From Hemiscyllium ocellatum (lineage: Eukaryota), in assembly GCF_020745735.1 (NCBI RefSeq), contig NC_083402.1:8198004-8262003 (forward strand): a DNA stretch of 64,000 nt. Direction: 5' to 3'. Below, in pieces: positions 1-10,401 of the stretch. How positions within the stretch are numbered: the first letter of the stretch is position 1; every line of letters starts with the position of its first letter. Both the position numbers and the translations under genes were made by a program. The notes under the pieces were generated by a model. The model saw only the letters and a list, made by a program, of their open reading frames with translations. It did no database searches and was not told the DNA's origin.

Positions 1-976
1 AGGTGCTAATGGGAGGCCCATGCCCACAGAACCAGACCTCCAAAACTCGACACTGACACAGCACTGCCCTTAACACAGGAGGTTCTCTTAGATTATGTTC
101 AAGCCCTTAATAGAAGGATCACTTTAAACCATGATTTGGTAAAAGCTGCACTCCCCACACCACAGCAGGAACCACTTCACCCATTTAAACCTGGGGACTG
201 TGTAATGACACAGTCACTGCTGAAAGATGCTCTCTCCCCAAGGTGGAAAGGACGTACACAGGCTTGGTCTCAACCAGGACAGCAGTCAATCTCCAAGCGA
301 GACTGGAATGAACGCATGCGACCCAGTGCAAGAGGGTTGCACCTCCACAGAAGGATGACCAAGCCGGACAGGATGCAGCTCCGGACACCGTGGCAGGATC
401 TAGCTGCTCTCCACAGCCATCGGGATCATCACCGTCTGACATGCACATCACCACAGATCAGTAACAGGGGACACGGAGCGGAACACTTAATCCACCGTGA
501 GCTGCGGATGAACACTTTCCTTCACATGACCCACAGATATGCCCAGAAGGTGAACCAGACCGGCTGCTGGGTCTGTGCGCACGTCCCTGCCCATTTCCTC
601 TGGGGCATTCCTTTTAACATTGCAGAGATGGCAGAATGGTGGCTGGACCCGGACAGGTCCTCTGGGGTCACAACATTCAGCTGGGTAACCTCCTGGCTGG
701 GCTCATGGGGCACAGCCCTGCTGCAGGGTCTGATATCCCTTACTGACATTCTTGTGGGTATTGTAGTCCCGGTCATGGCCCTCCATGTGTGCTGCTCCTA
801 GTTGTGTACAGCATTGTTATCCCCTGCCCCCCTCACCACCCAGCTAATACAAGTCCACTGGAGTGACATCCAAACCCCTGACACAGTCTCCACCCTGCCA
901 GATTTAGACACACTGACAATCCCCCTGGATCTGGTACATTGCCCCCTTTTCAACCCATCTCAAAAAAATAGGGCAT
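1..976 (+). pseudogene. Class I ERV remnant, copy 1: integrase C-terminus, internally deleted env and polypurine tract
   Basis: HPFKPGDCVM...SPRWKG integrase tail; env SU motif NQTGCWVC; TM WVTSWLGSWGTALLQGLISL. Colinear with 61024-63154 apart from an approximately 1.15 kb env deletion. PPT-like AAAAAAATAGGG at 962-973. Confidence 0.85.
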
Positions 977-1161
977 TGTGGGAACAAGATCTGCCAACCT
1001 GCCCACCCACAGCACAGCCACATAAAAAGCACAGAAGCTAGCCTGCGAATCACAGAAATCAAGCCAGCCAACACATACAGAACACACCCACAATGCCCCA
1101 GCATTGGCGAAACAGACTAACAAAGAAACCGGGCATGGCCAAGCTACTCCCAGAGCAGAGA

Positions 1162-1258
1162 TTAGGCTCTGAAGGGCTCTGGCCCGAAATGTCGAATTTC
1201 CTGTTCCTGGCATGCTGCCTAACCTGCTGTGCTTTAACCAGCAACACATTTTCAGCTG
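1162..1258 (+). mobile_element. Penelope-like pseudo-LTR fragment inserted in LTR copy 1
   Basis: GAAGGGCTCTGGCCCGAAATGTCGAATTTCC...CAGCAACACATTT matches the PLE terminal repeat seen elsewhere in the window; absent at the equivalent site of copy 2. Confidence 0.75.
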
Positions 1259-1664
1259 AGAATACATTTCCCAAACAACCTTCACAGTAAAGCTCCCAGC
1301 CCCGGTGAGCACTGCGGTCCCAATCCCCGAAGGGCAGGCTCAAATCCCATTGAAATCGATACCGCAGAAACAAACAGGCAGACCGTGAGAACCAGGATGA
1401 CTTCACTCGCAGGAGGCGCACAACGGACACACCTGAGTGCCAGGAGAAGGGACATTTATACATATTCATGCAGACGGGAAATACAATGAAGACATTCTCA
1501 CCTACTCACGGAGATGGCTGGAATCTCCTGTGTCAATTACAAATGAATTGCTACTGAGGGATGCGTGATTAACTTCCATTCAGTTTATTCTTGTTTAAAT
1601 CGCTTTTTAATGTTCACCATTGTCCTGTAACTGCTTTACAGTTATGACCTTTGTGTTGTACCCC

Positions 1665-1670
1665 TATAAA
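1665..1670 (+). promoter_or_regulatory. LTR TATA box (also at 59181-59186 and 63741-63746)
   Basis: CCCCTATAAAGC is conserved in all three LTR copies near the end of U3. Confidence 0.7.
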
Positions 1671-1709
1671 GCATGCTGCATCTTCAGTTCTGGGAGTAGC
1701 ATTATGGTC

Positions 1710-1756
1710 ATCGCTTCTCGGCCTTTTGGCTAAGATCAAGTGTCTGTTCTTATCAG
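1710..1756 (+). ncRNA. RNU2: U2 snRNA 5' fragment (nt 1-52 minus 5 nt), not a complete gene
   Basis: ATCGCTTCTCGGCCTTTTGGCTAAGATCAAGTGT-CTGTTCTTATCAG equals vertebrate U2 nt 1-34 plus 40-52; AGTAT is deleted; no Sm site or 3' half. Confidence 0.93.
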
Positions 1757-1832
1757 GACAGGTGTCGAGGTGCGAGTCATCAGAGCTAGTAGAGATCATC
1801 GCTGGATCATGATCGTGATTGGACGTTGGAGG

Positions 1833-1852
1833 ATCGCTTCTCGGCCTTTTGG
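1833..1852 (+). ncRNA. RNU2: Second U2 5' fragment (nt 1-20)
   Basis: Exact ATCGCTTCTCGGCCTTTTGG. Confidence 0.85.
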
Positions 1853-2105
1853 TTCGGAAGATGTGTAGTTCCTGAGGACCAGAGGAAGAGATTCTGCGCG
1901 AGAGTTGCAGGTTCGATGCTGCGGATGTGCGCTGGCCGGGGAGAAACCATGGGGATCGTGTTGCGAGTCGTTGGAGCTGCTGGAGTCCATCACTGGATTG
2001 TGATTGGACGCTGGAGGATTGTTTGGTTGTGCTGACCTGCTCTTGGTGGATCTTTATGCTGGCTTCGGCCTAACGCCAATTCAGGTATCAGCCAACCTTA
2101 GAGCT

Positions 2106-4176
2106 ACGGCCTCAGCAGACGCTCACAGCCCTGGCCAGGGTATTCGCAACACAGTCAGGGTGACTGTGAAGAAGGTGGAGGAACACACACCAGTCGATCA
2201 GACAACTGTTTGTGAAGAAGATTTTGCTGGAGTGTTGTGGGTTTGTAGCTGCCCTCGAAGCCGATGTTGGGGGGATGAGACTGTCACACCCCTCCTTCTG
2301 GAATGTGCCTATGCAGAGGAAGTCTGGAGAGGAATGAAGTGGTATTTGTCGAGGTTCGTCCCGAGCAGCGCTGTGACGCGGGACTCCGTGTTCTACGGCC
2401 TGTTCCCCGGGATGCACACCGAGACGAACATCAACTGCGCCTGGAGGATCATCAACTCGGTGAAGGACGCTCTCTGGGTGGTCCGAAACCTGTTGATCTT
2501 CCAGCTGAAGGAGTTGACCCTGACTGAGTGTTGCAGACTGGCACATTCCAAGGTCCAGGACTACGTGTTGAGGGACGCGCTGAAGCTTGGGGGAGCTGCC
2601 GCCAAGGCGCGGTGGGGAAAGACCACCATATAACATCTGCCTGCCTAAAGAAGATGCGGGGGCCCTGCAGTCATTTGGGCTCTGCTGATGCCAGCTCAAT
2701 ATGTGAGTGAGAAATGCACAGATCTGTATGTAATAATGAAAGCTGTGTATGTAAATGTTGACATATGTATGGCATTACCAAATGTACAAGGTATCAAATA
2801 TTTTATGAATATTTTATGAATAAAGTATATTTTTGAAATAAAAAAAAGAAGATGTGTGGTGCCTACAGGATTTCCCTGGGGCAGGCTACTTCGACGTGAC
2901 CTTCAGGAGTGTGAAGCATTGTGAGCAGCTCCTGAAGGTCTTCAAGGAGAAGGAAGGGGAACCTCTGTTCTCCATCTTGTCGGTGGTCCCGTTGTGCGTG
3001 CTTCCTGTGCAAAGGAATAGGATTGTTACAATCCAAATGTACAACCCTTACATCCCAGCGGCAGATGTTCTCACCTTCTTGAAGAGGTATGTCCAGGTGG
3101 AAGGAGAAAGCACCGATGTGGTCAATCCTTTCGGGATCTGGACCAGCAAAAGACAGGTCAAGGTAACCCTGAGGGTCGATGGCAGCGGGAACATCCTCCA
3201 CCCATTCTCCAGCTTCGCCATCAGAGGAAGCAGAGGCTACCTGACGTACGCAGGGCAGCCGAAGGTATGCCGAACCTGCGGGAGGTCAGGCCACATGGCG
3301 GCCGACTGTCAGGTGACCGTATGCCGAAACTGCAAACAGGAAGGCCACCCGACCAAGGATTGTAAGGAGGCCAAGAACTGTAACCTGTGCGGAGAGGTGG
3401 GGCACATGTACAAGGCCTGCCCAAGACGAGGAGCTGCCACCTACGCACAGATGGCCGGAGGTGGCAACACGAGCCGTGGACCGACAAAGACCAGCAAGGT
3501 ACCACAACATAGCACGGAAACGGTGTCTGGAGGCACCCAGAAGGAGGAGCAGGCAGTAGCGGAGCAGACGGCAGACAGCAGGGAGGTGCAGCAGCTGATC
3601 CAAGCTCCGTCAAGGCAGATGGAGGAAATGGAATAGGAGGAATCAAAGGAGGCAGAGGATTGGATCACAGTCAAAAACAGGAAGAGGAAACCTCTCGGGG
3701 GCCCCAAAGCTACACAGAGAAGGGGGAAACGACACCTACCAGTCAAGGATACAGGCAGCTCTTTCGATGGTGAGGACGGGCGCAAGAAGGGTCGCCACCA
3801 GAGGAAGAGACAGAGCGCCGTAGGGAGAAAGGAGGGCAGCACCACCCAAGAAGGGAAAGACAATCCCTCTGTGGGGATGGGTAAAGGCCTCCTCCCACCC
3901 AGTGAGAACCAAGAGTTACCCACCAGCCCACAGCTCCAGGTAACTGGGAGAAGCGGTCCTTTGACAGCCCTGCTGTCAGATGGAGAACTGGACGGTGTCG
4001 ACCCTGGGCTCGACACAAAGACACCAGAGCGGGGAAATGGTTCCAGCATGGAGGCGGACAGCTACCTCAGACATGGGATGGTCCAGCAGTTTGCCGTCAC
4101 CACGGGGACGCACACAGCTACCCCAGAGGAGCAAGACCAGCAGCAAATGGACACTGTTAACCTTGTAAACAATTAA
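2106..4176 (+). pseudogene. Tx1 ORF1 (ZCCHC3-like RNA-binding protein with 3 zinc knuckles), disrupted
   Basis: Reconstructs as (M)ASADAHSPGQGIRNTVRV...FVKKILLECCGFVA|EDVWCLQDFPGAGYFDVTF...CRTCGRSGHMAADC, CRNCKQEGHPTKDC, CNLCGEVGHMYKAC. Lesions: ATG>ACG at 2106 (ATG intact in copy 2 at 63991), +1 G at 2208, insertion at 2251-2847, premature TAG at 3634. Confidence 0.88.
2251..2847 (+). mobile_element. 5'-truncated Tx1-clade 3' end (ORF2 C-terminus, 3'UTR, polyA) inserted into ORF1
   Basis: CPRSRCWGDETVTPLLLECAYAEEVW...WGKTTI* is a Tx1/L1 ORF2 Cys-rich tail; AATAAA at 2819-2824; A8 at 2840-2847. Confidence 0.88.
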
Positions 4177-4177
4177 A

Positions 4178-4630
4178 ATGGGGTTTAAAATTGCCAGCAT
4201 CAATGCGTGTAGCATCAAATCGGCTACGCGACGTGTATCTACAATGGCCTTCCTGGCCAGCGTTAAAGCCGGCCTCCTGTTTCTGCAGGAGTGTGGGATA
4301 CCGCACCTCAGCAGCTACAGGAGATGGTCAAGCTTGTGGGCCCATGGGCCGTCAGTTTGGTTGGGGGGCAACGATAGCCGCTCCTCCGGCCTGGGTATCC
4401 TGTTGCGAGGAAGCAACTTCACCATCTCCGAGGTTAAGGAGGTGGTGGGCGGGCGCCTCCTCGTCGCTGACGTTATGTACAAGAATGCTCCCCTGAGACT
4501 GATCAATGTATAGCCCCAGTGGGTAAGAGTGAACGGTTGGCCGTCCTGCAGCAGCTTCCACTGTTGCTGGCTACGTCCAGGCCGGTCATTCTGGCCGGAG
4601 ACTTCAACTGTATCATTGATGCAGATGGAC
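4178..4630 (+). pseudogene. Tx1 ORF2 APE endonuclease N-terminus
   Basis: IASIN, LFLQE, RLINV(Y)AP with a -1 frameshift near 4511, ILAGDFN. Confidence 0.9.
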
Positions 4631-5280
4631 AAGCCAGACCATGCAGCAGAGACAAGGAATAAAGTGTCTTGACAAAATGATAAAAAAGTAAAATGGAAGT
4701 CTTTACAAAAAACGATGCATTCACGGAGAGGATTCATGGAGAGGAAAGACTGAGCAGAATTTCAGAATCTGCTCCTGAATCAGGAAGGCTGACTGATGGG
4801 GACGGTGAAAGTTATGAGATGTCAGATAGTACAGACAAGCAGGAAATGTGGAGGGACCTGAAACCAGGAAATATAAATATTCTAGTCACCACCAAACCAC
4901 CAAGAGATTCAGGAAAACACAGGGAGTGGTTAGAATGTGGAACCTGCTCATACACCAAGTGGTTGACACAGTGACCATTGTTGTACTGAAGGGGAAGCTT
5001 GATTGACACTTGAGGGAGGAAGCAACAGAGGGAAGTGCTATCAAAGTGAGAAAAAGAAGGGTGGGGGAGGTGAACTTGTGCAGAACATGATCACCACCGA
5101 AGACCAACAGAATTCTTTAAGTTCCATTTACATGAGCCCTAATTTACTGTTCAGATTACTTCATATAATTCTCAACATGCTGAACATTTATTCGCTCATG
5201 GGGTGTAGGTGTTGTGAGCGGGTGTTACCTGTCCCACATTGTTGTCACAAAGGTACTAGCGAGCTGCTGCAGTCCATGAT

Positions 5281-6280
5281 GTTATAACCCTCACTAATAC
5301 TTCATTATTTTTATTTCATCAGTTTTACTTTGGAGCTGGGAATTAAAAAGATGTGAGCTGAAGGTGACAAACAAGTTTTGGTTTCTTTGTGAGGCCAGGC
5401 CTGGGAGTTATTTGCAGATTGCTTCTTGATCAGAACCATTCCATAGAACAGCTGTGAGCTGGGAGAGCAGTCTGTTTAAACAGATAGGAGATCTTGATCA
5501 GTAATTTTTTGTCATTACCTCGGTCAATCCGCTCTGGGGGAGACCTTCTGCTCAAGCTGATGGTAGATGTTGAATGGTAACTGGAACCTCGTGGGGAGAT
5601 GGTCAGGGTGAGAGCGAAAGTGCACAGTCTTGAACTGGATTTTGGTCTGTGTTTTCAGGGAGCAGGAGTTTTGATGCAAAAACATGAAGTTTTGAAAGGT
5701 CCCTGATTAACCTTCCATTGGCACCGATTGGAAGCTCAGAGAATAGAAATTCAGTTCCAAGTATTACTGAATTCATCGGAGTGAGCTGAAACTTTGGCCC
5801 TGATTGATATCTCCAGAAAGTCAAACTAAGAAATAATCATCTCTGCCTGTGGAACTAAAGTATCATGAGAACCACTTGCATGATCTGGCCAGTTTTGTTA
5901 TTGTATTTTATTTATCCCTTAACTGTGTTTTTCCATCCGTCAGTATTTTGTGTGATTGGGGCTGAAATGCAAAAAATTTGAAAATGGACACCGCCAACTA
6001 TTTTGCTCTTTACTTTTGTTGAAATTTCACTCTGCTACAGTCACTGTATTGTTCATAAATTGCTAAGTATTTTGTTTAAGCTACAAATCAGTGTCACTTG
6101 GGTCAATTCTGAAGGTCTTTGAAGACAAATGGAATTGAGAAAATTGGAGATGTGAATTCCAAAGAACAGAGAAAGAGATAGAAAGGGAGGAGAAAGAAAT
6201 AAATTTCAAAGAGCATTAAAGCTTAAAAAATTGGAACAAGAGTGGCAAGAGAAAGAAAAGTAACAGAAATTGAAAATGAT
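5281..6280 (+). mobile_element. Possible Gypsy-type LTR plus AG-rich gag start, degraded
   Basis: TGTT start and compositional resemblance to the 51460-55500 element; no clear protein motif. Confidence 0.3.
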
Positions 6281-6289
6281 GCCATTTCG

Positions 6290-6425
6290 GAGCAGTGGAT
6301 CAGTGGTTAGCACTGCTGCCTCACAGCATCAGCAACCCAGGTTAGATTGCACACTTGGGACTGTCTGTGTGGGTTTGCTCCGGGTCATCTAGTCTCCTCC
6401 CACAGTCCAGAGACATGGGACATGC
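6290..6425 (+). mobile_element. tRNA-derived SINE (HE1/V-SINE type), degraded
   Basis: CAGTGGTTAGCACTGCTGCCTCACAGC head, then the GTCTGTGTGG core. Confidence 0.75.
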
Positions 6426-6691
6426 TAGGCAAGTTAAACCAAATGTTTGGAAGAGACTTAAAGAGGAAGGTTTGAGCCGTAATTCACAGTTCAGTCAGGA
6501 GATTTTTCAGATTGTGCAGGTGAAATGATTGCACAGAGGCCAGGATCCTATCACCAAGACACATTTTATTTTCATGGGCCAGCTCAGAACCAGTTCCAAG
6601 AATGAGGAGACTCTTTGAATCTCCTGTTTATATCTGTTCCCCAGTGCCTCCTGGCCCAGGTAACAACCCAATCAAGGACCTTCTAAAATTT

Positions 6692-6890
6692 GCAGCACGG
6701 TGGCTCAGTGGTAAGCACTGCTGCCTCACAGTGCCAGGGAACCAGGTTCAATTCCCACCTGAGGCAACTGTCTGTGTGGATTTTGCACATTCTCCCCGAG
6801 TCTGCTTGGGTTTCCTTCCAGTGCTCCGGTTTCCTCCCACAGTCCAAAGTTGTGCAGGTTAGGTGAACTGGCCAGGCTAAATTGCCTGTA
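6692..6890 (+). mobile_element. HE1/V-SINE
   Basis: GCAGCACGGTGGCTCAGTGG A-box, GGTTCAATTCC B-box, TTTGCACATTCTCCCC core. Confidence 0.85.
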
Positions 6891-6899
6891 GATCACCGG

Positions 6900-7356
6900 A
6901 GGATCTGAGCTACAGGGAGAGGCTGAACAGGCTGGGGCTGTTTTCCCTGGAGCGTTGGAGGCTGAGGGGTGACCTTATAGAGGTTTACAAAATTATGAGG
7001 GGCATGGATAGGATAAATAGGCAAAGTCTTTTCCTGGGGTCAGGGAGTCCAGAACTAGAAGGCATATGTTTAGGGTGAGAGGGGAAAGATATAAAAGAGA
7101 CCTAAGGGGAAACTTTTTCATGCAGAGAGATTGGTACGTGTGTGGAATGATCTGTCAGAGGATGTGGTGGAGGCTGGTAAAATTGCAACATTTAGGAGGC
7201 ATTTGGATGGGTATATGAATCGGAAGGGTTTGGAGGGAAATGGGCTGGGTGCTGGCAGGTGGGACTAGATTGGGTTGGCATATCTGGTCGGCATGGACGG
7301 GTTGTACTGAAGGCTCTGTTTCCATGCTGTACATCTCTACGACTCTCTGACTCTAT
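6900..7356 (+). mobile_element. CR1/HER1-like LINE 3' end
   Basis: GLFSLERWRLRGDLIEVYKIMRG; TCTA(C/T)GAC tail. Confidence 0.88.
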
Positions 7357-7359
7357 ACA

Positions 7360-8200
7360 CCTTCTTGACCACCCTATCCACTTGTATTGGCACTTTCAGG
7401 GATCAGTAGACCTACACAACTAGATCCTACTGTGTGTTAATGCTTCGAAGGGTTCTACCATTTACTGTACACTTCCCTCTTGCATTAGACCTTATGCATC
7501 ACCTCATATCTCTCCAAATTAAATTTCATTAGCCATTTCTGTGCCCTAGTCTACAGCCTTTATATGTCCTGCTGTATCCTTTGTCAATCTTCCTCACTAT
7601 CCACAATTCCCCCAATCTTTGCGTCTTCTGCAAACGTACTAATCAGACCCTGACATTATTCTCCAAAATATTTATAAATGCTGTGAACAGCAGGGATCCC
7701 AACACTGATCCCTATGGAACAGCAATGGTCACAGATTTCCAACCAGAAAAACACCCTTTCACCACTACTCTCTGTCTTCTATGATTAAGCCAATTATATC
7801 TCCATCTTACCAGCTCTCCACGGATCCATGCGGCTTCAATTTTAGTATCAGCAAGCCACAAGGTACTTTGTCAAATACCTTACGAAAGTCCATGTGGACA
7901 ACATCTATCGCCCTCCCCTTGTCAATCATGAAACCTGCTCAAAAGACTGAATGACTTTGTGAGACATAACCTTCCTGCAAGAAGCCATGCTGCCTCTTGT
8001 TAATAAGAAGATTTTTTTTTCAAAGGGGAGGAAGTCCTGTCAGTAAGAATCTTCTCCAATATTTCCCCTACCACGGATGTAAGGCTCACCAGCCAGTAAT
8101 TTCCTGTCATTTGCTGCATTATCCCTGTTGCCATTAAACAAAGGAACAATGGTGGCTCTTCTCCAGTGCGCTGGGACCTGTCCCGTCAGGAAACAGAATC
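7360..8200 (-). mobile_element. CR1 LINE RT fragment
   Basis: Reverse-strand GSVLGSLLF, DFRKVFDKV and VPLFNGNRDN motifs, degraded. Confidence 0.75.
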
Positions 8201-8519
8201 CAAAGAACCTTTCCAAGCTCCAAACAATATGTTTCCTCACCTCGAGGAGTGAGGGGAGACAAACCTCTGTTTCTTTATATGAAAATATCTGTTTCCGTAC
8301 CCTCCATTTACCAAAGTAAATGGAAAATCATCCTGTACAATGTTTCTAAATGCATATTTGCTGCAGTGCAATCTTTGAGACTGGCTGCTGCTTTCCATCA
8401 CTTCCTGATGACATTGGCTTCCTCTTTGAGCATGTGGCACCTTGTAGCTCTGTATAAATCTGCTCACTGACAGCCCCTCCCATTCTTCAACAATTACTGT
8501 ACCTTACAGCAGTGTCCTT

Positions 8520-10100
8520 TTGTGGGACTGGAGTCACATGTCGGCCAGACCAGGTATGCAATGGGATGCATTGAAGAAGGAAATAAGGAGAGTACAGGGC
8601 TAAAGGGTGGGACCAACAAATCCAGTGAACCTTGAATACTGAGGAATACACAGCATGGGATGATGGGAAAAGGGAGGCTTATGGCAGATGCTGAGAATTC
8701 AAAACGGTTGCAATTTCTGGAGGATTATAAAATGTGCAAGTGGGAAATTAAAGTGGAGATTCGAAGTGCTAAAAGAAAATATGAAAGTATATTGACAGGT
8801 AATATAAAGAAACATCCAAAATGTTTTAAAGGAATATTAATCATAAAAGGACAGCAAAGACTATGGTTGTAATTGAAACTTGAACCCAGAGAATGTATGT
8901 CAGGCTGTAAATGAGTACTTTATGTTGGTGTTCAACAGTGAGAGGGATGATTTTGGTGTCGAAATCAGGAAGATAGTCTGTGACAAAGTTGAAGAAATGA
9001 ACATAGACAGGGAGGAGCCGCTGAGTGGTATGAGCAGCTTAAAAGTAGATAAATCTCCAGGGCAGGATGAAATGTATCTCAGGTTGTTGAGTGAGGCAAG
9101 GGAAAAAATAGCAGGTGCTTTGGAAATAATTTTCCATTCCTCTCTGGCTGCAGGAGAGGTGCTGGAGGACAGGAGGCCAGCCAGTGTGGTACCTCAAGAA
9201 GGGAACAAGGGATAAACCAGGAAACTTCAGGCTAGTCAGTCTAAACTCTGTGTCAAAACGTGTAGCAGGTCAGGTTGATGAAGGGCTTATGCCCAAAACA
9301 TTGTCCCTCCTGCTCCTCAGATGCAGCCTGAGCTGCTGTGCTTTTCCAGTGCCACACTGTTCAACTCTGACTCTCCAGCATGTGCAGTCCCCACTTTCTC
9401 TCAGTCTATACTCAGTGGTGTGGAAACTGTTCGAAGTAATTCTGAGGGACAGAATGGATCTGCAATTGGAGGAACAGGGATCAATCACGAACATGGATTT
9501 GTTCAGGAAGTTATATTGTAACAACTTCCATGAAGTTTTTCGAAGAGTTGACCAGATATGCAGATGAGGGGAATGAACTTGATACCATCGTTCTAATGCA
9601 AAGGGAGATAGATTTTAAATGAGATCTTATTGAATGAGGGAGCAAGTTCATAGATTCTCCTGCACCTTGGATGCTGCCTGACCGGCTGTACTTTTCCAGC
9701 TCCACACTCTTCGACTCTGATCTCCAGCATCCGCAGTCCTCACATTCTACTCGAGGGGTCAGATAGCCCTGCTCCTATTTTTATATTCTGTGTCTTCTTG
9801 GACTTCAGCAAGGCTTTTGAACAAGTTCCACATGGAAGAATGACAGCAAAGGTGAGAGCCCATGGGATCCAAGGAAATTTGGTAAATTGGATGCACAATT
9901 TGCTGACTGGCAGGAAACAGAGGGTGATGGTCAAGGGGCATTTTTGTGACTGGAACTGTGTGTCCAGTGGGATCCCACAGGGGTCACTTTTGGGGCCCTT
10001 GCTGTTTATGGTTTGTCGTAAATGATTTAGACTTGAATGAAGAGGGGTTGATCAATATGGTCCCAAATGATAAACAAGTAGTAGGGCGAGTAAATATTAT
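8520..10100 (+). mobile_element. CR1 LINE ORF2 fragment with PLE fragments inserted at about 9253-9400 and 9655-9760
   Basis: LKVDKSPGQD, DFSKAFEQVPHGR, SGIPQGSLLGPLLF. Confidence 0.8.
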
Positions 10101-10130
10101 ATTAGATTTTTTATATTGGATTCCCTGCAG

Positions 10131-10401
10131 AGTGGAAACAGACCCTTCAGCCCAACTAGTCTACACGGACCCTCCAAACAGCAACCGACCCAGATTATTT
10201 CCCCCTGACTAAGCATCCAAATCAATGGGCAATTTAGGATGACCAATTCACCTAACCTGCACATGTTTGAACTGTGGGAAGAAACCGACACAGACACGGG
10301 GAGAACATGCAAACTCCACACAGACAGTTGCCCGAGGCTGAGAATCAACCTCGCGTCCCTGGCGCTGTGAGGCAACAGTGCTAACCACTGAGCACTGTGC
10401 C
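10131..10401 (-). mobile_element. HE1/V-SINE
   Basis: Reverse complement of GGCACAGTGCTCAGTGGTTAGCACTG...TTTGCATGTTCTCCCCGTGTCTG. Confidence 0.85.

Larger units (their letters stand above)
977..1712 (+). repeat. ERV 3' LTR (U3 and start of R), copy 1, truncated by the U2-Tx1 insertion
   Basis: Starts TGTGGGAAC just after the PPT; homologous to 58587-59229 and 63155-63788; TATAAA at 1665-1670; LTR homology stops at GGTCATC, where U2 begins. Confidence 0.85.
1757..4630 (+). mobile_element. Tx1-clade non-LTR retrotransposon (Keno-like, U2-associated); 5'UTR, ORF1 and start of ORF2; 3'-truncated
   Basis: Directly follows the U2 fragment; ORF1 has three CX2CX4HX4C knuckles; ORF2 APE endonuclease starts at 4178, 1 nt after the ORF1 stop; homology ends after GDFNCIIDADG near 4630. 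Confidence 0.88.

Noticed and set aside
1710-1756. Functional U2 snRNA gene
   Set aside because: Only nt 1-52 are present, the branch-recognition motif is deleted, there is no Sm site or 3' stem-loops, and the upstream DNA is LTR rather than an snRNA promoter.
2112-4218. Long minus-strand ORFs (195, 141, 202 aa and others)
   Set aside because: Antisense shadows of the GC-rich Tx1 coding sequence.
4693-4974. 93-aa ORF after the truncated Tx1
   Set aside because: No recognisable motif; its 3' part overlaps a decayed CR1 3' end.
6692-6770. tRNA genes at SINE heads
   Set aside because: A and B boxes are present but there is no cloverleaf or terminator, and each continues into the SINE core.
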